In this document: piece after piece, positions 36,994 to 50,002 of the stretch
Position numbering within the stretch: position 1 is the first letter of the stretch
How the letters are laid out: each line of letters opens with the position of its first letter
Origin: Nemertoderma westbladi
Taxonomy: Eukaryota; Animalia; Xenacoelomorpha
Assembly (NCBI GenBank): GCA_032718475.1
Contig: JAUCBJ010004747.1
Span: 1 to 54,066 of the forward strand
DNA: 54,066 nucleotides
Direction of reading: 5' to 3'
Translations under genes and position numbers: made by a program
Notes under the pieces: generated by a model
The model's input: only the letters and a program-made list of their open reading frames with translations
What the model was told of the DNA's origin: nothing
Database searches by the model: none

Positions 36994-38486
36994 TAGGGAT
37001 GTCCCGGAATTCCGTTCCGGCCGGAATTCCTGCGGTTTTTGCCCGATTCCGGTTCCGGTCGGAATTGCCGGAATGGGGTCAATTCCGGCCGGAATTTTAC
37101 CGGAATTACAAGGTTCATATCTAGATTAATAGTTGCAATTAGTTTGTTAAATTATTATCAACATTATATATTTTTTAAACATTATTACCAATTAATTTAA
37201 GATACTTTTCAACACTGGCAAAAAAGTATAGAAATAAAGTTTTCTTCGACCGTTAGAGCTAACATTTGGATGCAAGGCATAGATGCCCCCTGGTTAGCCC
37301 CTACAAACCATTCGTGCCGAATCGAAAACTGCCTTGGCCCACATACAGGGATCGAACCCACGACCTCCAGATAGATTGGAAATCAATGCAACCACTACAC
37401 CAAGGTGGAACCTAATTAACCTATGTATCGAGGAAAAATTCACAACCACCCTTTTTAGTTTATTAATCACAGTAACCAATCACAGGCCTCTTGTCGGATA
37501 TAACACATGAGTCATGTCCATGTGTCAAAAGATGGAACATGGGACATAATCACTTTCGACTCATCGGTCGTAACTTACGATTTACCAGTGGAGACGCTCC
37601 CATTGAAACAAATGTGTTCCATAATTTATTCTGACTAAGACTACATAAGACTTACCAGTGGAGCACGGGCCTCATTGATTTTATATTATTTTACTTTGAT
37701 TTAATTATTAAATAATATGATAATTACAGGAGGCTAAATAAATTGCTAACCTTGTAAAGTTAGCAATGAAACTCGATTAACGATTAACACAATTACAATT
37801 ACTACTTTAACCTAAAACTAATATAAATATAAAATGTTATTACAACACGTACAGGTCCTGCGAGTTGTCGTTAGTTCAGTCCAGCGCCGTAGGTGCTGCA
37901 TAATATAGTAGTTTTATTTATATTTACAGCAAATCCATTTCTTACCATAAATCTATTTATTCCCAGCAATAATTAACTGTAACGTGTAGGCCTACTATTT
38001 GCCTCGTTTATTGTTTTGGTTCGAATAACATGTCACTGTAACATGCTCCTTTTCCTTAAAGACACCAGTATATTGCACCAATGGACCCAGTGACGCGAAA
38101 CCGTAGGTTTTTGGTTAACGTAGGTTTTTAGGTATGAGTCTAAAGGCTAAAAACTCAGCTTTTGGCCAAGGTTGTCGATTTTAGAAAAAAAATTATATTG
38201 AATAATGCCGAAGTACCACCCAGTCCCCATAATAGGCCATAACGGGCCAGGCCATTCTCCACTCCACTCACCTTAATTGTAATTCCCCCCAAGGTTGTGA
38301 TTCATCTCATTATCAAACTTGGCTTTAGATATTAAAAAAAATCATTTGTCTCACAAAAAATTATAATATTTCCTGGGTATTTCACTAAATTATAGAAAAT
38401 TCCGGTTCCGGCCGGAATATTTCGGCATGTTGAATTCCGGTTCCGGTTCCGGCCGGAATCAAAATATCGATTCCGGGACATCCCTA
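36994..38486. mobile_element. Non-autonomous hAT DNA transposon (1493 bp) in NDUFV1 intron 1
   Basis: TIR TAGGGATGTCCCGGAAT / ATTCCGGGACATCCCTA; 8-bp TSD GATATGAT at 36986-36993 and 38487-38494; subterminal TTCCGG/CCGGAA repeats. Confidence 0.93.
37295..37408 (-). mobile_element. tRNA-derived SINE 5' fragment inside the hAT element
   Basis: A-box TGGTGTAGTGG and B-box GGGTTCGATCCC; homologous to the element at 41245. Confidence 0.75.
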
Positions 38487-38546
38487 GATATGATAATAAG
38501 TTTTACAAACAAAAATGCAGTGTCTAATACAGTACAGTAGGCCAAC

Positions 38547-39077
38547 CTGTTGGTTGTTTGTTTCGTTGTAAAACTCTCCCCGGATGTATATATAGGCGGC
38601 CCGTGCGCCCATTGCAGCTCCAGCAACCAGACACCCCTCGACCAGTTTGTGGGGGTCGTGTCTCATAATCTCCCGGTCCTTGCATGTCCCGGGTTCCCCC
38701 TCGTCCGCGTTCACCACCAGGAACTTGGGCCTACCGTCGGGAGGTTTCTTCATGAATCCCCACTTCATCCCGGTAGGAAACCCAGCCCCGCCGCGCCCGC
38801 GCAACCCGGAGGTCTTGATCTCCCTGAGGATCCAATCATCTCCTTTCTCGATAATTTCCTTGGTTTTGTACCAGTCGCCCCGCGCCAACGCCCCCTTCAG
38901 TCGCCAGTCGTGACGGCCGTAGAGGTTAGTGAATATCCGATCGTCGTCGTGAAGCGGTCCGAACTTGGTTTTGGCGGGTGGCGTTTCAGTCGCCGCAGAA
39001 TTACCGCTCTGGAATCTCGAGTTGCCTACTAATTTACCGATTTTTCGCACTGCATTTCCAACAGCAACTTGATACAT
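38547..39077 (-). CDS. NDUFV1: NDUFV1 exon 1; spliced product 477 aa
   Basis: Presequence-like N-terminus, [54 protein letters not shown]; donor CAG|GTTGGC. Confidence 0.96.
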
Positions 39078-40149
39078 TTTGATTCAGATTTCTGATTCTT
39101 ATAATATAACATAAGATTAGATATTGAGGTACCGGTACAGCAGCACGCGATTTTAACTCGTTTGCTTCACCTCAAGCTGTCAAGCGTCAACTCATCAATT
39201 TCTTGTCTCTATCAGTCTAAATGCTTGATGTAATAAATTTAATACTGTAATATGATAATAAACGTAATGTCTTTCTGTCTGTCTGCGTTTGCATATATCT
39301 GCAGATCTGTATATCAGTATATACATCAGTATATCGACTATCGAGTACCCCTGCCTCGAGAGTACCGGACCGGTATGCGCTTTCGAACGGTCAATATTAT
39401 AAATCTACCTTCAGTCAGACCTTACTGCTTTACAAATAATACCTTTAATACTGTAATAAAACCGGTACCTTTAAATTTAAAATTTAATTTTTTTTACAAA
39501 TGATAAACTTTATGGTAACGGTAACTGATTAATTTCAGAATTTAGGCCTACTACAGTGTGTAGGCCTACTATAAAACATAACACAGTAGCAGCTTAGTCT
39601 GTTAGTAGCCTATGCGTTATTGCAATTACAGGCGCCACTCAGATAGATACCGTAGTCTACTACTGACTGACTGGTAACGTACCTGTCAGCCTGTCCTATA
39701 CCTGTATACTGCTGTATGCTGTACCGGTACTGTATACAATTTATACTGTCATATCAGCATATGAAACTGAACTACGGAATTCGAATCCCACTTCTGCACT
39801 TGAACAGGAACAATGAACATCCACTCTTCAACTTGTCGGATTACTGGATTAGACCTACAGGATTATGCAACAAAACTTCAGATATTCTTTCAGTCTTTTG
39901 CACTTATCGCTATCGGGGTCCTCCCTTCAGCCAGCCCTTCCCCAAAGAAAGTAAAGTCAGTGCAAACTGCAAAGTACCTAGGCCTACAGACTGACAGACC
40001 TAACTGTCTGACTGTAATTTGCTAACTTGCTGTAATGACAGAATGACAACTCCTGAACTCCATCAGTCTGTCAGTCAGTCAGTCTATCATCTGTAGTCAG
40101 TCAGTCAGTCTCAGTCAGTCAGTGTACCAGTGTACTGCCAATGAGAATA

Positions 40150-41128
40150 CAGCGCCACATTGGATAACTGCTTATCAGGAGAAAGTACAGTGAAAAATAT
40201 TTTCTCGAAAGTTAACAGTTAGGCTTAGGTTTCTATACAGAAATAAAAATAGTTTGAACACCGACTCCCGCAAGTTACTTTGCTCTTCTTTACAGTGTCA
40301 CATGGACTATGCGTGCTCTTCTTGGCATGAAGGCTTAACCAAACAGCTTAAATGTAAATTACAAGTAGCTCAGAATAAAGTAGTACGATTTATTAAAGAC
40401 TACAAACCTAGGCACCACCTAACTCCAGACTGCCAGATGACTTTTCTGAATCTGGACTACTTAACTTAGATAGTAGAGTTAAGCAGCTACGCCTTAACCA
40501 TGTGCATAAAGTGTATAATGGTAAATGTCCCAATTACCTAAAACAAAAATTCAACAGAGTACGCGATACACACTCTTACAGTACCAGAGCTAGTGCTTCA
40601 AACTTGTACCTCCCGAATTGTAAATCCTTTGAATCTGATACTTTCTTTTTTAACGGCATTAAAAATTGTAACGCTCTGCCTAATGAAATTAAAAACCTAG
40701 ATAATCAACATTCTTTTAAATCTGCAGTTAAATCTCACCTCCGTGTGCAATGTAAAAATAGGTACAATATAGTCCTACAGTAAGTTATTAGTTTATTAAT
40801 TATTTACTATTTATACTGTAATTACGTTTTATATTAAATTGTTCTGTACATTACATCTTTATCGTTGAGTCGGACATTGTCACGCTCTCGGTAAAGTTGT
40901 ACATGTACATACAGTAGTGTAATTACGTTTTATATTGGTTTTAGGTTAGCGTAGTGTAATATTATATTTGTAACCAAGAGACATAAAGGACCCCCTTGGA
41001 AATAAGCTGCAAAGCTTTAGGGGTAATCCTATATGTTATGTTGGACAATACCGTTATACCGGTACATTGTTTGGTGTATTTGTTATTGTTTTTACATAAT
41101 GTATAAATAAATATATCTATCTATCTCA
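40150..41128 (+). mobile_element. 3' fragment of a CR1/L2-like LINE with 3' UTR and simple-repeat tail
   Basis: LDNCLSGE, DYACSSW, KLQVAQNKVVRFI, HSYSTR, NALPNEIK...FKSAVKSHL; AATAAA followed by (TATC)n. Confidence 0.8.
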
Positions 41129-41244
41129 TCAGTAAAAGGTAATTGCACAGGTGTCTAATCTGCTACAGAGGTTCTTAGTGCAATACCACGACGTTACATA
41201 CAAGATGGGAAGGACCTTTGTTCCACTGAGGTTCCACCTTTATT

Positions 41245-41525
41245 GCCACCTTGGTGTAGTGGTTGCATTTAATTCACATCTCTCGGAGGTCATGGGTTAA
41301 ATCCCCCCCCCCCCCCCCCCCCCCCATGGGCGCTGGCAGTTTTCGTTTCGGAACGAATGGTTTGAAGGGAATTCTGCCTTTGGGTCCTTACGTGGTAGCT
41401 AAATGAGTACTGGAGTTTCCTCTGGGGAGTATAGTGTTGGGGGAACCGCACTGGAAGGAAATAAGTCGTCAGACTTTATGCGTACCCTGGCCTCACGGCC
41501 GAAGAAAATTAACTTTTACTTTTTG
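41245..41525 (+). mobile_element. tRNA-derived SINE, near full length
   Basis: GCCACCTTGGTGTAGTGG A-box, degenerate B-box with an expanded poly-C run, shared body GGCAGTTTTCG.TTCGG.ACGAATGGTTTG, (ACTTTT)n tail. Confidence 0.75.
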
Positions 41526-42113
41526 TCCCTGACTAATGTCGTTTATTCATTTTCGAGTATCGATATTCAAAATTAAAAAAAAAAAGAATTATTGATACTT
41601 AAATATTTATGTGAACGGTTCAGCACAAAAAGGTCGTCAAATATACAGTAGGGCAAGACTGCACATCACAATCATGACACATCAATCCCGATATACATTG
41701 GTTTACTGATGGTTCTTCAATTGCAGTAATTGGTGGATCTGGATACTTTAGGAGGTCCAGCTCCAGGGGAATAAGTTGCTTACCTTGTAAAGTTTGCAAT
41801 GTAAATGCGTATACAGTATAATGATTTCTCCCAATGAGTCATTCAACCAATGATATAAAGTTATTATATAGTTATATTATATTATTACTGTAGTAGGCCT
41901 ACAGTAAAAGTAGTAAGTACTGTATAGAGTAACATTTTCCCTTCCTGTTCGTTCTGGCTGCCACTGTAACGTAACCTGCTCCTTTACTTTTCATTTTATT
42001 GTGATTTGGGTGTAGAGTAGGAGCAGCAGTAGGCCTATAGCATATCAGCACTGATATAGTCACAGACCGACACTTTCATCTAAGTGGTAAGTGTTTACAA
42101 ATGGGCATGGTGC

Positions 42114-43128
42114 GGTTCCCCGGCTTTAGATCCTAGAGTACCTTAGATCCTGAACGAACTAAGATATTGGGTGAACATACTAGATCCGTACCATACGAAC
42201 TTAGATCCTCAACATACGAACTTAGATCCTCAACATACGAAGTTAGATCCTTCCCATACGAACCTAGATCCTTCCGATACGAACTTAGATCCTTTCCCAT
42301 ACGAACATAGATCCTTCCCATACGAACATAGATCCTTCCCATACGAACATAGATCCTTCCCATACGAACATAGATCCTTCCCATACGAACTTAGATCCTT
42401 CCCATACGAACTTAGATCCTTCCCATAGGAATTTAGATCCTCAACATACGAACTAAGATCCCACCTTGCATGTATTGCTGTACCGTAGCTGTGTTAATGT
42501 GAAATGTCATTCCCATAGGCCAACAGACCTTACTGTAAATATTATCACGCTTGAAGGGAAGCGAACTTAGATCCTACCACTAATACATTGCAATGAATTG
42601 GCTATTAATTGGTTATATAATTGATTATACAGTAGTTTGTTGGTGAGTCACTGATCGCAACTACTTTAGAGTGTATGATACAGTATGACTTATTTGCATT
42701 ACATCATTATAAGTAGTTTTATATGCTTAATGAAACACACAAATATACATCACTATAATATCGATGGCCAACGCACAGTATACGTGGGATCTAAGTTCGC
42801 TTCTCCTCTAGCGTGTGCTAAGGAATTTGTATAAATTGGGATCTAAGTTCACCCTGTAGTTAGGATCTAAGTTCACCTACAGTACTTTAGTTAGGATCTA
42901 AGTTAACCTAGTTAGGATCTAAATTCCCCCGGACTGCCGGATAGGATCTACAGTAAGTTCACCTAGTTAGGATCTAAGTTCACCCAGATAGGATCTCAGT
43001 TCAGCTAGTTAGGATCTTAGTTCACCTAGTTAGGATCTAAGTTCACCCAGATTGGATCTATGTTCAGAAAGATCTAAGTTCATCGAAGTCAGGCCAGTTG
43101 CAGGATCTAATTCTAAGTTCGTTTTACC
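42114..43128. mobile_element. Foldback-type DNA transposon (Mutator/FB- or Merlin-like, 1015 bp) with arms built of ~21-bp tandem repeats
   Basis: 9-bp TSD GCATGGTGC at 42105-42113 and 43129-43137; GGT...ACC ends; GAACTTAGATCC repeats on the left and inverted GGATCTAAGTTC repeats on the right. Confidence 0.85.
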
Positions 43129-43313
43129 GCATGGTGCATCCTGCATGGTTATTACTGTATTATGCATTAAAAATGGCAATGTAGTGGTGATTGTTGTCCC
43201 TCAGACGGGATAATGCACCCCGGCTGTCTGTCTGCCTGTCGTATTATTACAGTATTACGTTATACAGTTATACCAGTATACAGTTATATAAGATATGATA
43301 ATAATCAATAATA

Positions 43314-45224
43314 ATGGAAGTGCTACCAAAGCAAGATATACAACAACAACATGATGATGTCTATACAGCTCAACTATATAAAATTGAGATCGAATTGGAA
43401 CAACTGGATGCTGAGATCAATAAACTAAAATCGAAGAGGAAATCTCTAAACGTAAGAAAACTCGAAATTCTTAAATTAGTGGAGAAAGAAAATGAAATCG
43501 ACGTGGCGAAATGGTCTCTTAGCAACTACCCGTGGTCGGGTAAACTTAATGAGAATCTCCGCACTGTGTTTAAACTAGATAATCTTCGCGGGTTACAGTT
43601 AGAAACACTGAACGCCACACTCAGCGGCAGGGATTGTATCCTATTAATGCCAACCGGGGGAGGCAAAAGTTTATGTTTCCAACTCGCTAGTCTACTTTGT
43701 AAAGGTATAACTCTAGTCATCTCTCCCCTCGTGTCTCTTATGGAGAACCAACTAGAAACCCTTCGTCGCTTATCAATCTCAGCCGACTTTCTAACGTCTT
43801 ACAGCTCGAAGGAACACATAAAGTCCACCCATGATGCCATTGCTGGCCAGAGTAGCGGGTTGAAGTTACTCTATGTAACGCCGGAGCGTTTGGCCAAGTC
43901 TAAACGGTTTATGTCGGCACTGGAAAAGTGCTACAGTCGAGGAATGTTGGACAGACTCGTGGTAGACGAGGTCCACTGCTGCTCGCAATGGGGGCACGAC
44001 TTCCGTCCCGATTACAAGGTATTGGGGATACTGAAGCGGCAGTTTCCGGACACACCGATACTCGGGCTGACAGCCACGGCGAACTCGGCTCTCTTAGACG
44101 ACGTGCGAACCATGCTGAACATTCCCAATTGCGTTGTGTTTAAAGGCGCTTTCGATCGCCCAAACTTATTTTATGAAGTTCGACCGAAAGCTGACAACCA
44201 GACACTTCTGTGCGACGAGTTAGCCGGCCTGTGTCTGGAGGAGTTTGTCGAGCAATCCGGCATCATCTACTGCTTCTCTAAGAAGGAGGCGGTGTCGCTT
44301 AGTGCGGGACTGCGGGAGCGGGGTGTGGCGGCAGGCTGTTACCACGCCGATGTGGAGCCGACGGAGAAGTCCAGAGTTCACAGAGAGTGGCTGAACGGCA
44401 TACTTCAGGTTGTCGTAGCGACAGTTGCGTTCGGTATGGGTATCGATAAACCGGATGTACGGTTCGTCATCCATGGCAGTCTCTGTAAATCCATCCCGAA
44501 CTTCTACCAAGAGAGCGGCCGCGCAGGGAGGGATGCCGCGCCGGCGTTGTGTCGCGTTTACTACCGGATGAGCGATGTCTTCCGTTACTCCTCCTATATC
44601 TGTAACTCCCGCGTGGAGGTTAAGAACCTCTATGACTCGGCGTCATACTGCCTGGAGAGTCGCGTTTGCCGCAGACAACTTATAGCTCGACACTTCGACA
44701 GCGACGAGGCGACACAATGTCGCGGGATGTGCGACAATTGCCGCTACAACGACGGCGACACGCAGTCGAGAGATGTCGCGGAAACGGCGCGGGTTATTGT
44801 CCGGGTTATCGAGACTGCTGGGTTGAAGGAGAAGCGACTGACGGCCCAGATGGTGATGGACGCTGTCTTCGGACGGGGTCCTTTCCGGGTTGCTAGGATA
44901 CCGAATCTATCTGTGGTCCAGTGCGAGAGACTCATAGTGCAGTTGGTGTGCTCGGAAATTCTGTCGGAATACTTCCATTACTCAGCTTATAGCGTTATCA
45001 GTTACCTACAGGCCGGCCCCAAGGCCGTATTGTTAGACCAACCCTCCTACAGGGTGGAACTCGTGTTGCCACAGGAACGGGATCCGGTTGCTATAGGCAA
45101 ACTTAACTACATAGCAACTGGGGGTAAACGTGTTACTAGCGAAGAGAGTCGGAGTAAACCTAAGCGAGTTAAACGGGATAGCGAACAGCGAAATACAAGC
45201 GATGTTGTTTTAATAGATAGTTGA
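43314..45224 (+). CDS. RECQL: ATP-dependent DNA helicase Q1 (RecQ1), 636 aa, intronless
   Basis: N-terminal coiled coil and W-x4-YPWS; MPTGGGKSLCFQL, YVTPERLAKSKRFMS, DEVHCCSQWGHDFRPDY, ATVAFGMGIDKPDVRFV, YQESGRAGRD, Zn-binding CRR...CDNC, EYFHYSAYSVISY hairpin. Confidence 0.96.
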   Translation: MEVLPKQDIQQQHDDVYTAQLYKIEIELEQLDAEINKLKSKRKSLNVRKLEILKLVEKENEIDVAKWSLSNYPWSGKLNENLRTVFKLDNLRGLQLETLNATLSGRDCILLMPTGGGKSLCFQLASLLCKGITLVISPLVSLMENQLETLRRLSISADFLTSYSSKEHIKSTHDAIAGQSSGLKLLYVTPERLAKSKRFMSALEKCYSRGMLDRLVVDEVHCCSQWGHDFRPDYKVLGILKRQFPDTPILGLTATANSALLDDVRTMLNIPNCVVFKGAFDRPNLFYEVRPKADNQTLLCDELAGLCLEEFVEQSGIIYCFSKKEAVSLSAGLRERGVAAGCYHADVEPTEKSRVHREWLNGILQVVVATVAFGMGIDKPDVRFVIHGSLCKSIPNFYQESGRAGRDAAPALCRVYYRMSDVFRYSSYICNSRVEVKNLYDSASYCLESRVCRRQLIARHFDSDEATQCRGMCDNCRYNDGDTQSRDVAETARVIVRVIETAGLKEKRLTAQMVMDAVFGRGPFRVARIPNLSVVQCERLIVQLVCSEILSEYFHYSAYSVISYLQAGPKAVLLDQPSYRVELVLPQERDPVAIGKLNYIATGGKRVTSEESRSKPKRVKRDSEQRNTSDVVLIDS

Positions 45225-45373
45225 TTCGAATACGGAACTTTATTTCCAATATAATTCAGTGCAATTTATTAATAAATTTATTACAAATCCAATAAATAAC
45301 AAATTAGTAAATAAATTAAACATAATAAATTAAACATTGTGCCCTGCTTTTAATTATATGTCTTAGAATGTAT

Positions 45374-46030
45374 AACACGTTCGTTTCGTGAGTCCTTAGT
45401 CGAGTCCTTGTCCATGATGAGCCTATGCGTAGAGGTACAATTAGTGAACCGTCTAGTCATTCGCCACCTAGCGGTCGACAGAAGAACAATAAAAGTCTGT
45501 CTGTGTATATAATTTCCTATCTCAGCCGAACGTTCCTATCTCAGCCAAACGTTCCTATCTCAGCCAAACGTTCCTATCTCAGCCGAACGTTCCTATCTCA
45601 GCCGAACGTTCCTATCTCAGCCGAACGTTCATATCTCAGCCGACCGTTCCTATCTCAGACGAACGTTCCTATCTCAGCCAAACGTTCCTATCTCAGCCGA
45701 ACGTTCATATCTCAGCCGAACGTTCCTATCTCAGCTGAACGTTCCTATCTCAGCCGAACGTTCATATCTCAGCCGAACGTTCCTATCTTAGCTGAACGTT
45801 CATATCTCAGCCGAACGTTCCTATCTCAGCTGAACGTTCATATCTCAGCCGAACGTTCCTATCTCAGCCGAACGTTCCTATCTCAGCCGAACGTTCATAT
45901 CTCAGCCGAACTTTCATCTCAGCCGAACGTTTCTATCTCCGCTATTTCTAAACGAAATTGTCTGTACGAAATGAGTGTGAAATTATCCCACCAATTAATA
46001 GTTACGAAACGGAGATTCGTGGGAATTTGT
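45374..46030 (+). repeat. 19-bp tandem repeat CTCAGCCGAACGTTCCTAT (about 22 copies, 45514-45940) inside a probable HINE-like element
   Basis: The array is directly visible; flanks show an AACACGTTCG start, GTCTGTCTG, and a short IR TTCGTTTCGT / ACGAAACGGA. Confidence 0.75.
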
Positions 46031-46636
46031 TTCCAATATTTTTTTACACAATTTATTAATTTGCTAAATAGTATTTTTTCTATTTTTCGACGCAAATAAG
46101 TCAATTATTGATATTAACAGCAAAAATTTAACTATAACCTGTGCTATTAACTTTCGTTTATTGTTTTGGATAGAAGAACGTGTCAATGTAACCTATCTCT
46201 TATTTGATAATTAACATTATTAATTCCACAATGGCAATACGAAATATTAATTATCCCCGATTTGTTTTTTATTAGTTTTTTTATCATGTTTTATTTATGA
46301 GATATTTCCACTTCTCATAACCATTTTTTTCTGATTATGGAATTATAATTATTGCGATTGGCGAATTGGGGTTAACAATAGTACCATATTAAATAGGGTT
46401 GGACAACATACTATTAACTTTGACCCAATGAAGACCAGAGTACACGATAATTGAAGGAGAGATTGAGAAATCTTTTGGATCATTTTTAAGGAACATTTAC
46501 GTAAATCATTAAGTTGTCTTTCTTTCTGTTGCACCAAGTATAGTAAATAATTCCCCTACTACGAATCATATTAATTAAACTATTTACTTACACAACTTCC
46601 CCACAATCATTTATGAAGAGAATCACAATATTATTA

Positions 46637-47266
46637 TTACGTAAAGTAGCTCCATACGAGGTACATTATAACGCAAGTTATAACCATTCCCGCAAACAAT
46701 AACACCTTGTCCTGTTTAGTCCGACCCTCTATTAGTTTCATTACGGAGTTCGATAACCCCAGAGTGGATATAACCAGGAGAATTCGTCGTTGAGCGTTCG
46801 CTAAAGTCCGTCTCTGATTGGATAGACTCCCTATGATAGACCCCCCGCTGCCCAGCAACGAGTCCATCTCTTTGTGGGCGCTGTGTAATTTAGTATTGTG
46901 TGTCAATCCTTGGTCTATGAGAATCGATGTGGAATCGTTGGTGGTAAACCTCGTCCGTAACAACTCCTCGCGATCGTCCAATAAACGAACGCGTTCCTGT
47001 TGCCTCGCTACCGCTCTATCCAGACTCAGCTGGAGGTGTCTGAGTTCCTGTTTGACCTGGTCGATTCGTTGTTTTACCAGCTGCTTCCGGTGCGGTGGTT
47101 CTTTGTTGAGGTAGACGTCGAGTCGGTCGCAATTACCGTCGACCTGGGAGAATATACGCGATAGATTCTCGCGCGAACTCGTGGATTCCACGTCCGTTTC
47201 AAACAAACACAAATGATTCCGAGCTTCGAGTAACAGTCGAGTTGTTTGCTGCAAAGTGGACTCCAT
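46637..47266 (-). CDS. GOSR2: Golgi SNAP receptor complex member 2 (membrin/GS27), 209 aa, intronless
   Basis: MESTLQQT start, CDRLD..LNKEPP, REELLRTRFTTND, Qb-SNARE motif ending TLGLSNSVMKLIEGR..QDK, C-terminal TM helix. Confidence 0.93.
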   Translation of the reverse strand: MESTLQQTTRLLLEARNHLCLFETDVESTSSRENLSRIFSQVDGNCDRLDVYLNKEPPHRKQLVKQRIDQVKQELRHLQLSLDRAVARQQERVRLLDDREELLRTRFTTNDSTSILIDQGLTHNTKLHSAHKEMDSLLGSGGSIIGSLSNQRRTLANAQRRILLVISTLGLSNSVMKLIEGRTKQDKVLLFAGMVITCVIMYLVWSYFT

Positions 47267-47963
47267 CGAAATGCGACTTGAGCAAGTATATTGCAACAGT
47301 CCACAGTCCAGTACAGCAGTTTTCTGGTATTTCCAATTGCAGCTGCTCTGGCCTAGTCCTATACCAGTCAGTATACAGTATACAGCTCTATTACTGTATT
47401 ACTGCACTACGCCTTAACACGTACTTATTACATATTGCAGTAGGTACTGCTGTACTGTATTTAGGTTATATAGTGACAAAGGCCTAACAACCGTGGTAAT
47501 CGGCACGGCATTCGGTAAGATACAGTATGTCTGTAGCCGCGGAAGGCGGGCCGGTGGTAAATAAAACTGGACGTACTGTACTTACCGCGATGGGGGGTGG
47601 GGTGCGGGTGGGGGTGTTGTTCGTGTGTTCATATACAACATGTCTATACCAAAGTATTATCGTCAAAGAAAGTAAAGACTCCCATAGAGTCAGCTCATCT
47701 ATCTACCGGTAGCAGATATACAGTAGTTATTACGACTGCTATAAAAATGTTCTACAGTACATCGAACTGATCGTAACGAAAATTTTAACCAACAACAATA
47801 CGAATTAGGACCGGCATTCTAGTCAAATACTTGGAAAAGCAGTAACTAGAACCGACATACAGTATAATAACCAGATTTACATCTCACGGCTTCCATATCA
47901 CAAACTCTGTATTTTACGAATTCAATATATTTTATACTGTAGTATTGCCATTTTACCCCCACA

Positions 47964-47996
<33 letters not shown>

Positions 47997-48589
47997 TAGA
48001 TTTAAATATTAATAAAAATGTTAAGATACATATCAAATCAGCATACATTGAAGTGCTACATATAATATAATTGCGATGGCTAACTGCGGCTAAATTTTAA
48101 ATTTGTAATCAGCTTATTGTGTAATTAGAGTCTTTCATCTCCTTGGTCATACAGTAATTTAGTGAGCTGACCCCCCGACCCCCCCCCCCCCCCCTACCTT
48201 TTCTAATCTTACAATTTACTGCATTACATTTTAAATATACTGTAGGCCTATGGGTATGGTTTGGTCTCCTATCTTTCTGCTGGATAAGTCAGAATTTATT
48301 TTCACTTTTCAAATTGTCTCCATCGATATCGCACCAGTTGCTCAAAAGTTATTTGAAGTCAATTTCATTAGACCTGCCGCTGATAAGAAAAGTATTCCAA
48401 AACTGTAAAACTATCTTATTTTGTACAGAAATAGCGGAGTTATGACCTTTTGGAAGTTGCATCTTGTTCTCCTCAATTTATATGTATTTTTTGTATATTT
48501 TCTTATACATTGTCTTTTGTGTATTTTTATATGTAAAAAAAATTTTGACAGTTAACTTTGAAAGTCCTCAGCAAGTCTCTGATCGGATG

Positions 48590-49011
48590 AGCATAAGGTC
48601 AAATGATGGTATGCTTGAGCATGTGGACGACTTCTATTCTGTTACCTGGGATCATGGATCCGGAAGTTAGATGAGGACCTCCGAATATGTAAGGGAAAGG
48701 CATGGGCAGCCTTGAATGGGCTTTCTAGGATTTGGAATTGGAAGTCACCGATAATTAATCGGAAACTTAAGGTCCGATTATTTAGAGCAGCAGTAGTTCC
48801 AGTACTTCTCCAGACACTATATAACATTGGAGGTGTCTCATTGGTTCCCCCAAGCCTGACACTAGAACGAAATCGCCTCTGCTTTGCAGGACATTGCTTT
48901 CGCCGCGAGGATCAGCCAGTGCATAATCTTGTACTTTGGCAGCCTCATGGAGTGAATAAGCATGGTGGACAGCCCATGACTTTCTTGAGACGCATCTTAA
49001 GTAGTAGATAA
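48590..49011 (+). mobile_element. Degenerate RTE LINE 3' fragment
   Basis: VDDF..YLGSW, GKAWAALN.L..IW, LKVRLFRA.V..VL, RLCFAGHCFR..DQP...LVLWQP. Confidence 0.8.
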
Positions 49012-50002
49012 TGACCTACTATAACTACTGTTATTGTGGGTCATGAATCGATGAAATTCAATTCTTTTACCTCTGTTTGAACAATCATATTTCCCTTTAT
49101 GAACATAGTGGATGTGGCTCTTTTGGGGGGTGTGCAACGGAATTCATTATTACAGAAACCGCAATCATGTTTGGTACCTTTATGGATAAAGTCGACATGT
49201 TTGTAGACATGTCGACAAGCGGTTATGCTTGATGCGTTTTTCAAACACTTCTAACCAAAGAATAAAGGAAAAAATAAAAATTCTGACTCACCCACTAAAG
49301 AGGAGGACGGTAGAGAAATATTACCTTTTAAAAATAATAAAAAAAACACATTTACATACAACTAAATACTGTAGGTGGGTGTTTGGGAAGTTGGGGGCAG
49401 CTGAGTTTGTAACAAAATTATAAGTTAAAGTTGTAAGTATTTTGCCATGGGAGGCCGGTTGGCGGTAATTGACCAAATTTCTATGTAGTTTTCTCTAGGA
49501 ACCAGTAATGCCCAAAATTACGAACATTTTCTAAGTGGTTTGCCACGGGAACTGGTAAACGTAAAATGAAATTTAAAAAATTCGAAATGGAGACCCCAAA
49601 CAGGAACGTCCCACAAACTGGCAAAAGGCCAACCAAGTAACCAAAAGACTAAACCAAACCTAAACCTACCAAAACCCAGCAGGAGTAGGCCTCTTATAAA
49701 TCTACCCATATTCAGGTAACCGCTACATATGGGTAACCTGCGCTGTACTGCAAGTTACCAATGCTGTACTGAGTACTACTGTACTATTGTGGTTAGGAGC
49801 TGTTGCGCTGGAGCGCCGTTGCATGTTTTCCAGGAAGCCGTATTTACAGTACAGTAGACAGTACATCAGTTCTATCACCCATACTGTACAGTACTGTACT
49901 GTAGGCCTACAGTATAGCAGTTCAGCAGTTACCTAACCAGGTAACGGTATCGACACGGCAACGGGGTGGGCATAATCTAACACTTGTGTCAGATTAGCCG
50001 CG

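Noticed and set aside
37330-37408. tRNA gene (also near 41245 and 18649)
   Set aside because: A/B boxes are present but there is no complete cloverleaf; the first two continue into a shared SINE body and the third is only an A-box-like fragment.
31179-39077. NDUFV1 as a fragmented pseudogene or bacterial nuoF
   Set aside because: Canonical GT-AG phase-0 junctions give an intact 477-aa protein with a presequence-like N-terminus.
42133-46099. Repetitive ORFs 42133-42384, 42171-42428 and 45425-46099
   Set aside because: Translations of 21-bp and 19-bp tandem repeats.
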